Notes under the pieces: generated by a model
Told to the model about the DNA's origin: nothing
Databases searched by the model: none
The model's input: the letters and a program-made list of their open reading frames with translations, nothing else
Position numbers and translations under genes: made by a program
Part shown: positions 62,743 through 64,000 of the stretch, piece after piece
Layout of the letters: every line of letters begins with the position of its first letter
How positions within the stretch are numbered: position 1 is the stretch's first letter
Source: Bugula neritina
Taxonomy: Eukaryota > Animalia > Bryozoa
NCBI GenBank assembly: GCA_964035545.1
Contig: OZ037768.1
Location: 7,224,741-7,288,740, forward strand
Length of the DNA: 64,000 bases
Direction: 5' to 3'

Positions 62743-64000
62743 ATAGCCTACCAAAGTTCTGTAATTTTATGATTAAAGATATACCTTCTTTTGCTACATT
62801 TCTAAACTAGAACACAGGCTTTTCTCATTTTCTCCATTACTGTACCTACCTCGCCATTAAGTTATACTGAATATTCTGTTACAAGACATTGGTCAAAGTA
62901 TATTTGCTATATAGTCTTTGCAGCAGGACATAACGAGATAGACACCAGTTAGGTTGTCTGGCCTTCTGTTTATTTGCCACTTTCCCCTTTTACTAATTAT
63001 CTGGAAAAGGAGTATGCTAGTGTTTGTTGTATTTCAACCAGATTATTCTGTCACTCAGGGTGAAACTTAGAAATCGTTTTCACGATTTTTAGTGCTTCCT
63101 ACTAACACCAATTGTTCCTATTCTGCCACTATTCAAGTAGTCATGGTTCTTTCCTTTCCATACGCAGCTAGTAACTTTGAAACATCTAGTTTATTTTAGT
63201 ACCAAATTATTGGCAGATTTTGGGAACTATTGCCAATAGAGTTCATATTTACTCTTGAGGGAATATTTTCACTTTCATAATAACTTGGTAACAAGCTTTT
63301 AAACTCTATGCTCATATACTTGCCTTGATTTAGTTCCTACAACTTATATACAGAAATGGTATGTAGCCTACAAGCCCAATGCGTGATCAAGTCTTTTTCA
63401 ATAGCAATCAATAGAATTGAAGTGGACTTTGCACTATGGATGGAGGATTGTGAAAAGGCTGGTTCATGCAATATAGCACGTAGGCAGCTGAGTGCCAAAC
63501 GGAATCAATTTCCACTTCCTATCCACTAATAATCCACACATTGCACTTCAACTAAATAATCTCATTATTTCATTAATCATATCAAATATGATGCAACGAA
63601 AACATACCTCGTTAAGTAAACAATTTCAATTTAGTCTGTTCAAATCATGGAGTAGCTAAACCTTATGTAAATACAGTGAAGAATATTTAGTATAATAATT
63701 AACATAGGTAGTTTATATAATAAAATGTTTAATCCATGCAATCACTTAGTAATATTAAAACATATTAATTTTATAACAGTAATATTATAACATATTAGTT
63801 ATAATGCAACATAGTAATATCTAGCATAGTACTATTATAACATTGTAATATTAATTATGCTTGAGAAAAACTTTTAAAAAAAAATTTTACCCTTCTGAAA
63901 ACAGCTGTTCTTTCTACCTTTATTACAACTCTGGAAATGTGTTCATTCTTTTAGCTTTACCATTTGTTGACAAAGGACTAAATAAACTTTTTTTCACTTT

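Overview
AT-rich, intron-rich metazoan (invertebrate-like) genomic DNA; the species cannot be determined from the sequence. Positions 1-50.2 kb hold seven compact spliced genes, three pairs of them head-to-head: NBAS (-, runs off the left edge) / RAD54B (+); KIAA1143-like (-) / a GPI-anchored three-Ig lachesin-like gene (+); a secreted cyclophilin B/C-like gene (+); and PXK (-) / RNF32 (+). Positions 50.2-64 kb are a transposon island with three elements. (1) A 680-bp MITE inserted in a near-palindromic target. (2) A 4.5-kb TIR element with a 9-bp TSD that carries a spliced, now-decayed, stand-alone ubiquitin-specific protease (USP/C19) gene with its own ATG exon and first intron. (3) An intact Gypsy-type LTR retrotransposon with identical 152-bp LTRs and a tRNA-Ile primer site. 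A degenerate ~6-bp-periodic low-complexity tract recurs just downstream of the inferred 5' ends of most genes, and also inside the TIR element. Exon boundaries were read by eye from GT/AG sites, reading phase and remembered family motifs; no database search was run.
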